From Magallana gigas (taxonomy: Eukaryota), in contig NC_088859.1 in the NCBI RefSeq assembly GCF_963853765.1, positions 12,276,001 to 12,340,000 on the forward strand: 64,000 bases of DNA, written 5' to 3'. Both the position numbers and the translations under genes were made by a program. The notes beneath the pieces were generated by a model. It ran no database searches. It was not told the origin of the DNA and worked only from the letters and a program-made list of their open reading frames with translations. Shown in pieces: positions 53,024-64,000 of the stretch (positions are counted from its first letter, which is position 1; the number at the start of each line of letters is the position of its first letter).

Positions 53024-53113
53024 TTAGTCTATTTCTTCTGCAGTCTGTCCGTGACTGGAACTAGAGTGTCCTTGTTTTTTCTGTGGACGTATTCTGATAT
53101 AGTCTGGCCATGA
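53024..53113 (-). pseudogene. Relic 3' end (~90 bp) of a fifth HSP70
   Basis: TTAGTCTATTTCTTCTGCAGTCTGTCCGTGACTGGAACTAGAGTGTCC...TAGTCTGGCCATGA aligns with the last ~30 codons and stop of the intact copies (e.g. 54864-54952). Confidence 0.85.
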
Positions 53114-54863
53114 GGAGAAGATAATGAAATTTTTTATCCTTGGGCATCAAGCAGAAGATGATTGTTAAGTTCACGGCCTAAGGGTCAGGGTTTCTGGTGT
53201 TAGAATGGGGCTTTATTGGTCATGCAAATGTATAGTGAACATGCATCAATTCTTCAAAAATCTTCTCTGCTATTGAGCAAACTGCAATCAAACTATAAAG
53301 TACATATGTTACGATATTGTTACATATCGTTATCGTATGATAAGCAAGATTACTACTCCTGTAGTCTGTCCCAGGATGCTTTTGGCCGATTTTTAATAAA
53401 AAATACACATACATGTGAAAAAAGTGCAATTGAAATCGACGAAGGGGAAAATTTCCAAGATATCTTCATTGACACATTATCATTTTTCACCCGGACAAAT
53501 TCACAAAAACGAAAACAGATTTCTTATGGAGATTTATATTGGGGGAATATTTACATCTTTTCTGAATTCGGAAGTCACTCGGAAAACTTAATTAGTACCT
53601 CGCGCAATTTTTCAACGTTATCATCCGGGTCTGCTGCAATCCAAATCACCGTAGACATCACTTTTTTTTTTAGCCATGTATTGAAATCTGATAAGCTAAA
53701 GGCGGCGCTTCAACGGAGAATTCTTGGAAAATTTTAATTCTTTTGAATAAACATCTTTTGAATCCTAAGGTATTTATAAATATCAGGTAATTAGCAAAAA
53801 CGTGATTCGAGGATATCTTGGGACTGAGTATAACAAAACTGTAAAATTTATGGGCACATGCTAATTTAGATTCTAGTGATGGGGTTCTTAATTCTTTGAT
53901 ACTGGGGATCTAGGAGGCAGGCTAACTGAGAGCACGATATTGATGAATAGGTAGGATTTTACCACTATTGTGAAGTTCGTGAACCCTTGATTAGGCTTTT
54001 TGATGTTTGGGCCGAGTCATACATTTTTTCATAACAAGGAAACACACTCTCATTCTTTTAAAAAATCTTATTAAAATACTCTTCTCTTCAACTCAAACCT
54101 ACCCCCTGTCACCTTAAAATTTTGCACATAATGCAATTCTGTTAAGATAAGAAGTTGATTCCTACTAAATAAAAGGAATGCAAGTTGTACTTGGAGTGTT
54201 AAATACATGTACTCTATTAGTTGCGTAAGATTCACAGGGACAGTACTCGTCTCAAATTTCAAAGCCGATGAGTCTCCGACTACCCAGTTCCCAGTACCAT
54301 TGCAGTGGGTGGACTCATACAACCTGCTAGAGGTCTCAGGCTAATTATGTAAAAGCACTGTTTGGTTTAAAATATTATCGGTATTGAATTCTACGAGATT
54401 TTCTCTCAAATTAGAGATATTGGAATGAAGACAGCGTCTCATTTTGATAGACTTCTTGTCTTTGTAACAAAATCACTTTTGCTATCTATATATGTGAACA
54501 GTACACTTTCTCATATATTTCAATAACTTTTGGAGCTGTTTAAATAATATTCCTGTGCAAATACAAAACTATTAACCTGCTATCACTATCTCAGTTTTAA
54601 ATTCTAACATATAAACGCCAAATTTCATACTACATAGAAAATTTAAAAGAAAAAATCATATTCATATAGTTTTTATTAGCATTCAAAAAAGTATAATTGT
54701 ATAAAAAATATTATATAATAACAAATGAACAAATTTAAATTATAAATAACAAATATCACAGTTATATTGCATAATGTCTTTTGGCAACTCTTGCTTACTT
54801 TCATAGAAAGTACAAAACCCGTTTGATCTATTTTAATTAAAGTTAGTACATTCAATTACAGAC

Positions 54864-56768
54864 TTAGTCCATCTCCTCTACAGTCGGTCCCTGACTGGAA
54901 CTAGCTGGTCCTGGATTGCCCGTGGACCCGTTCTGGTGTAGTTTGGCCATGATGGGTGAACACACCTTCTGAACCCCCTTCAATTTGAATTCATATTCGT
55001 CAACCTCTGCCAGGGCATTGTTGTCGAGCCAGGACACTGTTTCACTGCACACCCTGGATATTGTCTCTTTGTCTTCAGACTGAAGCTTGTCTCCTGTGTC
55101 CTCTGCCGCCTGTTTGACGGTGAAGACATAGGATTCTAACTGATTGCGGGCCGCTATCCTTTGACGCTGTTTATCGTCTTCCTCTTTGTATTTCTCGGCC
55201 TCGTTCACCATTCTCTCAATGTCGGCCTTACTCAGACGACCTTTGTCGTTGGTGATGGTGATTTTGTTGGACTTTCCAGTGCTCTTGTCCTTGGCTGATA
55301 CGTTTAAGATACCGTTGGCGTCAATGTCAAACTCCACGTCAATCTGTGGGACACCTCGAGGGGCGGGAGGAATTCCATTCAGTTCAAAAGTACCTAATTT
55401 GTTATTGTCTTTTGTCATGGCTCGTTCACCTTCAAACACCTGAATGGATACACCGGGCTGGTTATCGGAGTATGTGGTGAAGGTCTGTGATGCCTTGGTA
55501 GGAATCTTGGCATTTCGTTCGACGATCTTTGTCATGACCCCTCCAGCAGTTTCAATGCCTAGAGACAATGGAGTGACATCGACCAGGAGAACGTCCTTGA
55601 TGACATCACTCTTATCTCCGTTCAGAATAGCCGCTTGGACAGCGGCACCATAGGCCACAGCCTCGTCTGGGTTGATAGATTTGTTCAGTTCTTTTCCGCC
55701 CATGAAGTCTTGGAGCATTTTCTGGATCTTTGGAATTCGTGTCGACCCTCCAACCAGAACCACCTCGTGAATTTTAGATTTGTCCATTTTGGCATCCCGC
55801 AGGGCTTTCTCGACGGGTTCTAAGGTTCCACGGAACAAATCTGCACACAGTTCTTCAAATCTAGCCCGTGTGATTTTGCTGTAGAAGTCCATTCCCTCAA
55901 ACAGCGAGTCGATCTCAATGTTGGCCTCAGAACTGCTGGAAAGTGTTCTCTTGGCACGCTCGCAAGCCGTCCTGAGTCGTCTCAGTGAACGGTTATTTTT
56001 TGAAATGTCTTTGTTGTACTTGCGCTTGAATTCCTGCACAAAGTGATTGACCATTCTGTTGTCGAAATCTTCACCTCCCAGGTGAGTATCCCCTGCAGTG
56101 GAGCGAACCTCAAATATGGAACCCTCATCAATGGTAAGGATGGACACGTCAAATGTACCACCTCCGAGGTCAAAGATGAGAACGTTTTTCTCACCGGAAA
56201 TGTTCTTATCCAGACCATAGGCTAGAGCGGCAGCTGTGGGTTCGTTTACTATCCTGAGAACATTGAGACCGGCTATCACTCCGGCGTCTTTAGTGGCCTC
56301 TCTCTGGGCGTTGTTGAAATAGGCAGGAACGGTGACGACTGCGTCTTGGACAGTTTGTCCCAAGTAGGCTTCTGCTGTCTCCTTCATTTTGGTCAGCACC
56401 ATTGAGCTGATTTCTTCGGGGGTAAATCTCTTTTTCTCGTTCTTGAATTCCACTTCTAGCTTGGGTTTTCCTCCATCATTGATCACCGTGAACGGCCAAT
56501 GTTTCATGTCGGACTGTACACTGTCGTCGTTGAACTTGCGGCCTATCAGCCTCTTAGCGTCAAAGATCGTATTGTTGGCGTTCATGGCTACCTGGTTTTT
56601 AGCCGCATCTCCTATCAGTCTCTCTGTGTCTGTGAAGGCGACGTAGCTGGGCGTCGTTCTGTTTCCTTGGTCGTTGGCGATGATTTCCACTTTTCCATGT
56701 TGAAATACACCGACACAGGAAAACGTCGTTCCCAGGTCGATGCCGATGGCTGGAGCTTTATTTGCCAT
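54864..56768 (-). CDS. HSP70: Intronless cytosolic inducible-type HSP70, copy 3 (634 aa)
   Basis: Full ORF with all HSP70 signatures; ends EEMD. Confidence 0.98.
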   Translation of the reverse strand: MANKAPAIGIDLGTTFSCVGVFQHGKVEIIANDQGNRTTPSYVAFTDTERLIGDAAKNQVAMNANNTIFDAKRLIGRKFNDDSVQSDMKHWPFTVINDGGKPKLEVEFKNEKKRFTPEEISSMVLTKMKETAEAYLGQTVQDAVVTVPAYFNNAQREATKDAGVIAGLNVLRIVNEPTAAALAYGLDKNISGEKNVLIFDLGGGTFDVSILTIDEGSIFEVRSTAGDTHLGGEDFDNRMVNHFVQEFKRKYNKDISKNNRSLRRLRTACERAKRTLSSSSEANIEIDSLFEGMDFYSKITRARFEELCADLFRGTLEPVEKALRDAKMDKSKIHEVVLVGGSTRIPKIQKMLQDFMGGKELNKSINPDEAVAYGAAVQAAILNGDKSDVIKDVLLVDVTPLSLGIETAGGVMTKIVERNAKIPTKASQTFTTYSDNQPGVSIQVFEGERAMTKDNNKLGTFELNGIPPAPRGVPQIDVEFDIDANGILNVSAKDKSTGKSNKITITNDKGRLSKADIERMVNEAEKYKEEDDKQRQRIAARNQLESYVFTVKQAAEDTGDKLQSEDKETISRVCSETVSWLDNNALAEVDEYEFKLKGVQKVCSPIMAKLHQNGSTGNPGPASSSQGPTVEEMD

Positions 56769-56914
56769 GCTTGTTTGTAAACACTAAAGTGAAAGTAGCA
56801 ATAGATTTTTCAACTGTAGATAAAGTAAATACTTGTATGTACTATTACTGAATCGTAGTCTAGTTGACTCAAAGTTTCGAAGTTTCAAACTTGGCAATTT
56901 GTGTTTGACTTCCA

Positions 56915-57125
56915 TTATGGTCTCGGATCGCCCCTTATATACCATTATGGATCTTTCGCGACACGACGAGAAACAATATTCTAGAATATGAAGGATTAAT
57001 CCCGACGCTTCCCGAATGATCAAACTCGAGGGCGGATCCACATTGTATGCTTTGAGCTGAGACATAAATAGCATTTATGTTATTTATGTCTCTGCTTTGA
57101 GTAACATTTCTAGAAGGGTCTGGAA
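56915..57125 (-). promoter_or_regulatory. HSP70 copy 3 promoter
   Basis: TATATAA (plus-strand 56935-56941), TTCTAGAA 56979-56986 and 57108-57115, TTCCCGAA ~57009-57016, GC box. Confidence 0.85.
57057..57094. mobile_element. 38-bp hairpin insertion with 7-bp TSD (8 bp on an alternative boundary) in the copy 3 promoter
   Basis: CTTTGAG|CTGAGACATAAATA-GCATTTATGT-TATTTATGTCTCTG|CTTTGAG; absent from the copy 4 promoter. Confidence 0.85.
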
Positions 57126-57905
57126 TTTTTTACTATTGCAGTTATTTCGTAAATTGCACTTTTTAGACTTTTACGGGGGTCGTTAAAACCTACTGGCATG
57201 ACTAATTTTCCTCTTAGAACTTAATTATAAATAATAATTGAATAAATAATTGTCTCGAAAGACAACACATGCGACTTATTTTTAAATTGCTTTATAATAT
57301 TATAGTTCATTATTTTATTTTATACGGCCAACCAATTAGTGATTTTGTAACCAGTTACCAGTAACTATAATGATTCAGTATCATAAGACATAATTCTGAA
57401 ATGATATTTTGAATAACACATAAGACGAATTTATGTACTAGTATTATTTATAACAATTCTTGAAATGATAACAAAATGTCATAAATATCCGTATTTTCAT
57501 ACAAGTAAACGATTAATCGGTCAGAACGAATTGCGATTCAACAAATAGTAATTCTGCAATTGACTGTCATCCCTAAAATGCATAAATAAAATTGTGTTTT
57601 GTTATTTCCTTACAATAAAATCATCTATATTTTTATTCCTAGAATACTAGTACTGCTTTACTTTGGAGAGTCAGCTTTCAGAATTTGATACATTAATTCA
57701 AGATTTGTTATATATAAATGTGTTTTAATTATTTTTTAAAACTTATTTATTATTACATTACATATATCGTTTATAAACGGAAAAAATCTAATCTGGCAAA
57801 CACAAAAACTATATATAGTTGTTTTACCGGTAACGAATATTTGACAGTATCGAATAATTTTTAGAGAATTATTTGAGAGAAAAACGGATTTACGGTTTTA
57901 AGAAA

Positions 57906-58015
57906 TCTTAGATATGAAATTAAATAACAACTTATAAAGAATTTGTTTACGTTATTTTTTTCTTAGATATGAAATTAAATAACAACTTATAAAGAATCTG
58001 TTTACGTTATTTTTT
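57906..58015. repeat. 55-bp tandem duplication in the pair 2 spacer
   Basis: TCTTAGATATGAAATTAAATAACAACTTATAAAGAAT... starts at 57906 and 57961. Confidence 0.9.
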
Positions 58016-58337
58016 ATGATACAATCATTTATGATTAAATTATTCCGCAAACATTAGCTGATTCTGTCGTCTACGATGAGGCAAATGTTTAAGCGTGAAA
58101 ATGTCGCCAAACTAGTCATATTATGTATATTAAAGCATACATATATACAAATCCCGTCCACATACTGATATGATAATTAATTATTTTATCTAACAAAAAC
58201 TTATACCAATTCTGTATAAACAATAAAGAGCGTCTATGAACATTCTGAAAACATATGAATCAAAATCGAAAAAAAAATTAACGACCCCATGTAAAAGTCT
58301 AAAAAGTGCAATTTACGAAATAACTGCAATAGTAAAA

Positions 58338-58512
58338 AATTCCAGACCCTTCTAGAAATGTTACTCAAAGCATACAATGTGGGTCCGCCCTCGAGTTTGA
58401 TCATTCGGGAAGCGTCGGGATTAATCCTTCATATTCTAGAATATTGTTTCTCGTCGTGTCGCGAAAGATCCATAATGGTATATAAGGGGCGATCCGAGAC
58501 CATAATGGCAGT
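58338..58512 (+). promoter_or_regulatory. HSP70 copy 4 promoter
   Basis: Distal TTC-ca-GAC-cc-TTC-ta-GAA (58340-58357), TTCGGGAA 58404-58411, TTCTAGAA 58434-58441, TATATAA 58479-58485. Confidence 0.85.
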
Positions 58513-58651
58513 CAAACACAAATTGCCAAGTTCGAAACTTCGAAACTTTGAGTCAACTAGACTACGATTCAGTAATAGTACATACAAGTATTTATTTTAT
58601 CTACAGTTGAAAAATCTATTGCTACTTTCACTTTAGTGTTTACAAATAAGC

Positions 58652-60556
58652 ATGGCAAATAAAGCTCCAGCCATCGGCATCGACCTGGGAACGACGTTTT
58701 CCTGTGTCGGTGTATTTCAACATGGAAAAGTGGAAATCATCGCCAACGACCAAGGAAACAGAACGACGCCCAGCTACGTCGCCTTCACAGACACAGAGAG
58801 ACTGATAGGAGATGCGGCTAAAAACCAGGTAGCCATGAACGCCAACAATACAATCTTTGACGCTAAGAGGCTGATAGGCCGCAAGTTCAACGACGACAGT
58901 GTACAGTCCGACATGAAACATTGGCCGTTCACGGTGATCAATGATGGAGGAAAACCCAAGCTAGAAGTGGAATTCAAGAACGAGAAAAAGAGATTTACCC
59001 CCGAAGAAATCAGCTCAATGGTGCTGACCAAAATGAAGGAGACAGCAGAAGCCTACTTGGGACAAACTGTCCAAGACGCAGTCGTCACCGTTCCTGCCTA
59101 TTTCAACAACGCCCAGAGAGAGGCTACTAAAGACGCCGGAGTGATAGCCGGTCTCAATGTTCTCAGGATAGTAAACGAACCCACAGCTGCCGCTCTAGCC
59201 TATGGTCTGGATAAGAACATTTCCGGTGAGAAAAACGTTCTCATCTTTGACCTCGGAGGTGGTACATTTGACGTGTCCATCCTTACCATTGATGAGGGCT
59301 CCATATTTGAGGTTCGCTCCACTGCAGGGGATACTCACCTGGGAGGTGAAGATTTCGACAATAGAATGGTCAATCACTTTGTGCAGGAATTCAAGCGCAA
59401 GTACAACAAAGACATTTCAAAAAATAACCGTTCACTGAGACGACTCAGGACGGCTTGCGAGCGTGCCAAGAGAACACTTTCCAGCAGTTCTGAGGCCAAC
59501 ATTGAGATCGACTCGCTGTTTGAGGGAATGGACTTCTACAGCAAAATCACACGGGCTAGATTTGAAGAACTGTGTGCAGATTTGTTCCGTGGAACCTTAG
59601 AACCCGTCGAGAAAGCCCTGCGGGATGCCAAAATGGACAAATCTAAAATTCACGAGGTGGTTCTGGTTGGAGGGTCGACACGAATTCCAAAGATCCAGAA
59701 AATGCTCCAAGACTTCATGGGCGGAAAAGAACTGAACAAATCTATCAACCCAGACGAGGCTGTGGCCTATGGTGCCGCTGTCCAAGCGGCTATTCTGAAC
59801 GGAGATAAGAGTGATGTCATCAAGGACGTTCTCCTGGTCGATGTCACTCCATTGTCTCTAGGCATTGAAACTGCTGGAGGGGTCATGACAAAGATCGTCG
59901 AACGAAATGCCAAGATTCCTACCAAGGCATCACAGACCTTCACCACATACTCCGATAACCAGCCCGGTGTATCCATTCAGGTGTTTGAAGGTGAACGAGC
60001 CATGACAAGAGACAATAACAAATTAGGTACTTTTGAACTGAATGGAATTCCTCCAGCCCCTCGAGGTGTCCCACAGATTGACGTGGAGTTTGACATTGAC
60101 GCCAACGGTATCCTGAACGTATCAGCCAAGGACAAGAGCACGGGAAAGTCCAACAAAATCACCATCACCAACGACAAAGGTCGTCTGAGTAAGGCTGACA
60201 TTGAGAGAATGGTGAACGAGGCTGAGAAATACAAAGAGGAAGACGATAAACAGCGTCAAAGGATAGCGGCCCGCAATCAGTTAGAATCCTATGTCTTCAC
60301 CGTCAAACAGGCAGCAGAGGACACAGGAGACAAGCTTCAGTCTGAAGACAAAGAGACAATATCCAGGGTGTGCAGTGAAACAGTGTCCTGGCTCGACACC
60401 AATGCCCTGGCAGAGGTTGACGAATATGAATTCAAATTGAAGGGGGTTCAAAAGGTGTGTTCACCTATCATGTCCAAACTACACCAGAACGGGTCCACGG
60501 GAAATCCAGGACCAGCTAGCTCTAGTCAGGGACCGACCGTAGAGGAGATGGACTAA
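58652..60556 (+). CDS. HSP70: Intronless cytosolic inducible-type HSP70, copy 4 (634 aa)
   Basis: Full ORF; 3 aa differences from copy 3; ends EEMD. Confidence 0.98.
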   Translation: MANKAPAIGIDLGTTFSCVGVFQHGKVEIIANDQGNRTTPSYVAFTDTERLIGDAAKNQVAMNANNTIFDAKRLIGRKFNDDSVQSDMKHWPFTVINDGGKPKLEVEFKNEKKRFTPEEISSMVLTKMKETAEAYLGQTVQDAVVTVPAYFNNAQREATKDAGVIAGLNVLRIVNEPTAAALAYGLDKNISGEKNVLIFDLGGGTFDVSILTIDEGSIFEVRSTAGDTHLGGEDFDNRMVNHFVQEFKRKYNKDISKNNRSLRRLRTACERAKRTLSSSSEANIEIDSLFEGMDFYSKITRARFEELCADLFRGTLEPVEKALRDAKMDKSKIHEVVLVGGSTRIPKIQKMLQDFMGGKELNKSINPDEAVAYGAAVQAAILNGDKSDVIKDVLLVDVTPLSLGIETAGGVMTKIVERNAKIPTKASQTFTTYSDNQPGVSIQVFEGERAMTRDNNKLGTFELNGIPPAPRGVPQIDVEFDIDANGILNVSAKDKSTGKSNKITITNDKGRLSKADIERMVNEAEKYKEEDDKQRQRIAARNQLESYVFTVKQAAEDTGDKLQSEDKETISRVCSETVSWLDTNALAEVDEYEFKLKGVQKVCSPIMSKLHQNGSTGNPGPASSSQGPTVEEMD

Positions 60557-63500
60557 ATGTCTAATTTAATGTATAGATTAAATGGTTTTTGTACTTTCAA
60601 TGAAAGTGAGCAAGAGTTGCCAAAAGACATTTTGCAATATAACTGTGATATTTGATATTTATTAAATAAAATTTGTACATTTGTTGTTATATATTTTTCC
60701 ATACATTTATACTTTTGTTGAATGCTAATAAAAACTATATAAATGTTTTGGGTTTTTTTTTCTATGTTGTATGAAGTTTTGAGTTTATATATTAGAATTT
60801 AAAACTGAGATAGTGCTAGCATGTTAATAATTTTGTATATACCTGGTAAATTATTTTAAACAGCTCCAAAAGTTATTGAAATATATGAGAAAGTGTACTG
60901 TTCACATATATGGATAGAAAAAGTGATTTTGTTACAAGGGCAAGAACTCTATCAAAATGAGTCGCTTTTTTCTTTTGAATATCATTAATTTCACATAGAA
61001 TCTTGTACAATTCAATACCAATAGTATTTAAAACCCAACCATGCTTTTAGATAATTAGAGACCTCTAGCAGATTGTCTGAGTCCACCCATTGCAATGGGA
61101 CTGGGAACTGGGGAGTGAGAGACTCTATCTGCCTTGAAATTGGAGATGAGTACTGTCGTGTCTACTTTTGGGGATTAATTTATGTTAGGGGAACTTGCAT
61201 GCAGTGAGGGACCCTTAGGATTCCAGTCTCCGGTCCAAACGGTTTGGGATGACTGTTGAATATAAAACCAGGAAAGTTGAAAGAAAAATCATTGCAGATA
61301 TTATTTGAAAAAATATATGTCAGAAAGGACAGTACCGTCCTAGTGAATCTTACGTAACTAACAGGTTACATGTATATCACACTCTTAGTACAACCTTCAT
61401 TCCTTTTATTTAGTATTTGGGAATAAATTCTTGATAAAAATGAAATTATGTGCAGAATTTAAAGGTGCGAGTGGAGTTAAAGAGAAAAGTTTTTGAGTAT
61501 GGTTTTTTAATACAATTAAAATCAGATTGAGAATTTTTTTTAAACAATGATTGTGTAAATTTCCTTGTTATAGTAATATATGCCTCAAACCTAACATCAG
61601 AAACCCTGACGAAGGGGTCATGAACTCTATGATACTGGCAAAAGCCTAAGACCCAATTCATCGTTATGCTCTGAGTTTGCCTGCTCCCTATATCACCAGT
61701 ATCAGAGAATTAAGAGCCCTACCACCAAATTCTGAATCAGCATGTGGCAATAAATTTTACAATTTTGGTAGGGTGCCCATGCTTATCAGAACCATGTACT
61801 TAGTGTGTTTGCAATATTCTCAATAGCCGAGAAGACTTTAATTGGAAGAATTTATGCATTTTCACTATATTTTTGCATGACCAATAAAGCTCCACACAAC
61901 CTTAGGCCATGAACTTTACAATTTTGCACATGTACCGGTACTTAATTTTCTGCTTGATGCTAAAGAGTAAAAATTTGCATCAATTTTTTCCTAAAAATAT
62001 ATGGGCCTTTTCAGTGGGGATGGGGATCATGAATTTTAGAATTTATGTTCCTCTTTTCCTACAAATGTAATTTGGTCAAGATTGGGCAAGTATCATTAGC
62101 AATTAGTCAACTAAATGACTCAGATGACTTCAAAACCCAATTCACCAAATTATTTAATTTTTTCATCATTTTAAATACAGATAAAGAGAAATTTGATTTC
62201 TCTAGGATTGACATAAAGAACAAAACAATACTTAAACTGATCCATTCCTTTCATGTTTTAATAACACCAATATAAATGTACATGTGTAACAAAAAAAATG
62301 AGCAAAATAAAAAACAAATGTCTCATGTATTATATTTGGTAGGAACAACTTGCTATTACCCTAAATCATTAAAATTGTAAAATAGCACAGAATTTTAGTA
62401 ATGGAATGCCAATAAAAAATGAATTAGTTCAAAGACGTATATCATGTTTAACTTACTTGTATGACTTGATCAATCTGGAACAATGAATTTAGTATAAAGT
62501 GTGTTTACTTTCTTGAAACATGTTCATATAGAAGTAACAAAAAGAGAAAGGAATGAAAAAGTGGCCATTTTACACTATGAGTAAAGCCTTACAAGTTTTT
62601 AAGATAAAACATTGTTGAAGAGTTACCCAACATATAAAAAAGATGCAACCTTTAGAAAAAAGCCAAATTGTTAAAAAAAATTACATTACATTTTACTGAG
62701 ACACCATGAATATAACATATGCTAATGTTAATTAATAAGTAGGATTTGTAATTTCCATGCAATTTCAATTATTAGCTGACATTTACAAATCAAATTTAAA
62801 CAACAAGTACTTGTATATTTGAATTTGTTTGAGTCCCAACTTGTACACATATACAATGTATAATGAATGAACATGCATATTGTCCATGCAAATTTTATGA
62901 GTCTATTTAGATAAAATATAATCACATTGTTTTGTTTGTATCCATTTCATGAATCCCTTCATTATTAGACTAAATTTGCATTTTTCTTGTCTATGTGATT
63001 TTTAAATATCAATTTCTTAAAAAAATGCAATTATGTTTCTTCGTCTTTTTGGTCCATTGAGAATGTGACCAGATTTCTTGGCCATGTGTATATCACTAGT
63101 CTATTTAGACAACATTATGAAATTAAATGCTGCACGCCAATATCTATTTTATGTACATACATTGGGAATGTAATCAAGTTTCTTGTCCATGTACTTTTCA
63201 TGGGACTTTTCCAAAAAGTGCAATTCCATATTTTGTGTCCATGTCCCTTTTAGTTCAGATTTTGTCTGATACACAAAGTGCAACTCCGGCCAATACCAAC
63301 AGCATGCCTACATAAGTGTCTGCAAAATATCAAACATTGTTACATTAAACAGCTACCAAGTAGTCCTTAATTAATTTCAAAGATCCTGTATAATTACATA
63401 GATTTGTGCTTGTATTCAAAAACTTGAACAGAATCTAGTAGAAACAACAATGTAAATTGTTATGACTTCTTTCTTGTAAGTATCCAGAAATGGTATTGTA

Positions 63501-64000
63501 GCTAAGGAAAATGTTAAAAAAAAGAAAAGAAAGGGTGGTATTATGATAGAACACAAAAAAAGATGAAATTGCAATAAAACAAGTTGCATCACATGCCTAT
63601 AGTAATTATCAGGTAATTGTACATACCCCAATGTCTGATCTTGTCACCCAGAAACCAACCGGATATAATGGTAAAGAGAAATGTCAAGGAGTTGGTTATT
63701 GGTACGGCCACAGACAGCTCTGAAATTATCAAAAACACAAATGTTCTCACTGATTGATTCTGTCAAAATAATATTATTATACATGCATACCATTTTGATG
63801 GTTTTAGTCAAATAACTTTATTTTACATAAATCATTTGAATCTAAATAAAAGAGGTTTACACCTCATTGGTTTCATGAATACAGCTTTACAAATTCCAAA
63901 TTGCTTTAATTATAAAAGCTCTGATATCATAGAAAATTATTATTATGAAATATTCCTTAATGAAAAGTCGCATAGTCAATCTTTTCTGTACTTAAAATGC

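Larger units (their letters stand above)
53115..61990. repeat. Large imperfect palindrome: left arm ~53115-57190, right arm ~58280-61990, spacer ~1.1 kb
   Basis: Arms include both HSP70 genes and promoters, and by-eye inverted matches at 54230-54860/60560-61160, 54050-54240/61320-61500, 53830-54000/61590-61770 and 53115-53285/61800-61990. Confidence 0.85.

Noticed and set aside
1-64000. tRNA, rRNA or snRNA genes
   Set aside because: None recognised by eye; a tRNAscan-SE/Infernal run would be needed to exclude them formally.

Overview
AT-rich eukaryotic genomic DNA with spliceosomal introns, most likely from an oyster-type bivalve (inferred from the EEMD-ending intronless HSP70s, B-box/NHL gene family and repeat types). 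Left to right: (1) the 5' part of an EFCAB14-like type II membrane coiled-coil gene (minus strand) with two alternative, phase-matched N-terminal modules; (2) a two-exon 774-aa uncharacterised gene; (3) a divergent pair of intronless HSP70 genes; (4) a B-box/NHL (TRIM-like) gene that probably joins two beta-propellers through a GC-AG intron; (5) a small unassigned spliced gene; (6) a decayed L1/Tx1-type LINE, an NHL pseudogene and a decayed hAT transposase; (7) a ~90-bp relic of a fifth HSP70; (8) a second divergent HSP70 pair inside a ~9-kb palindrome. Many non-autonomous elements are interspersed (TA-flanked MITEs, a TTAA fold-back, Helentron-type HINEs, a Helitron end). Best leads: a Roquin CDE-like stem-loop kept in all four HSP70 3'UTRs, copy-specific rewiring of the distal heat-shock element, an inverted spacer and pair-restricted homogenisation, and swappable cytoplasmic/TM modules in EFCAB14. 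All alignments were done by eye; no searches were run.
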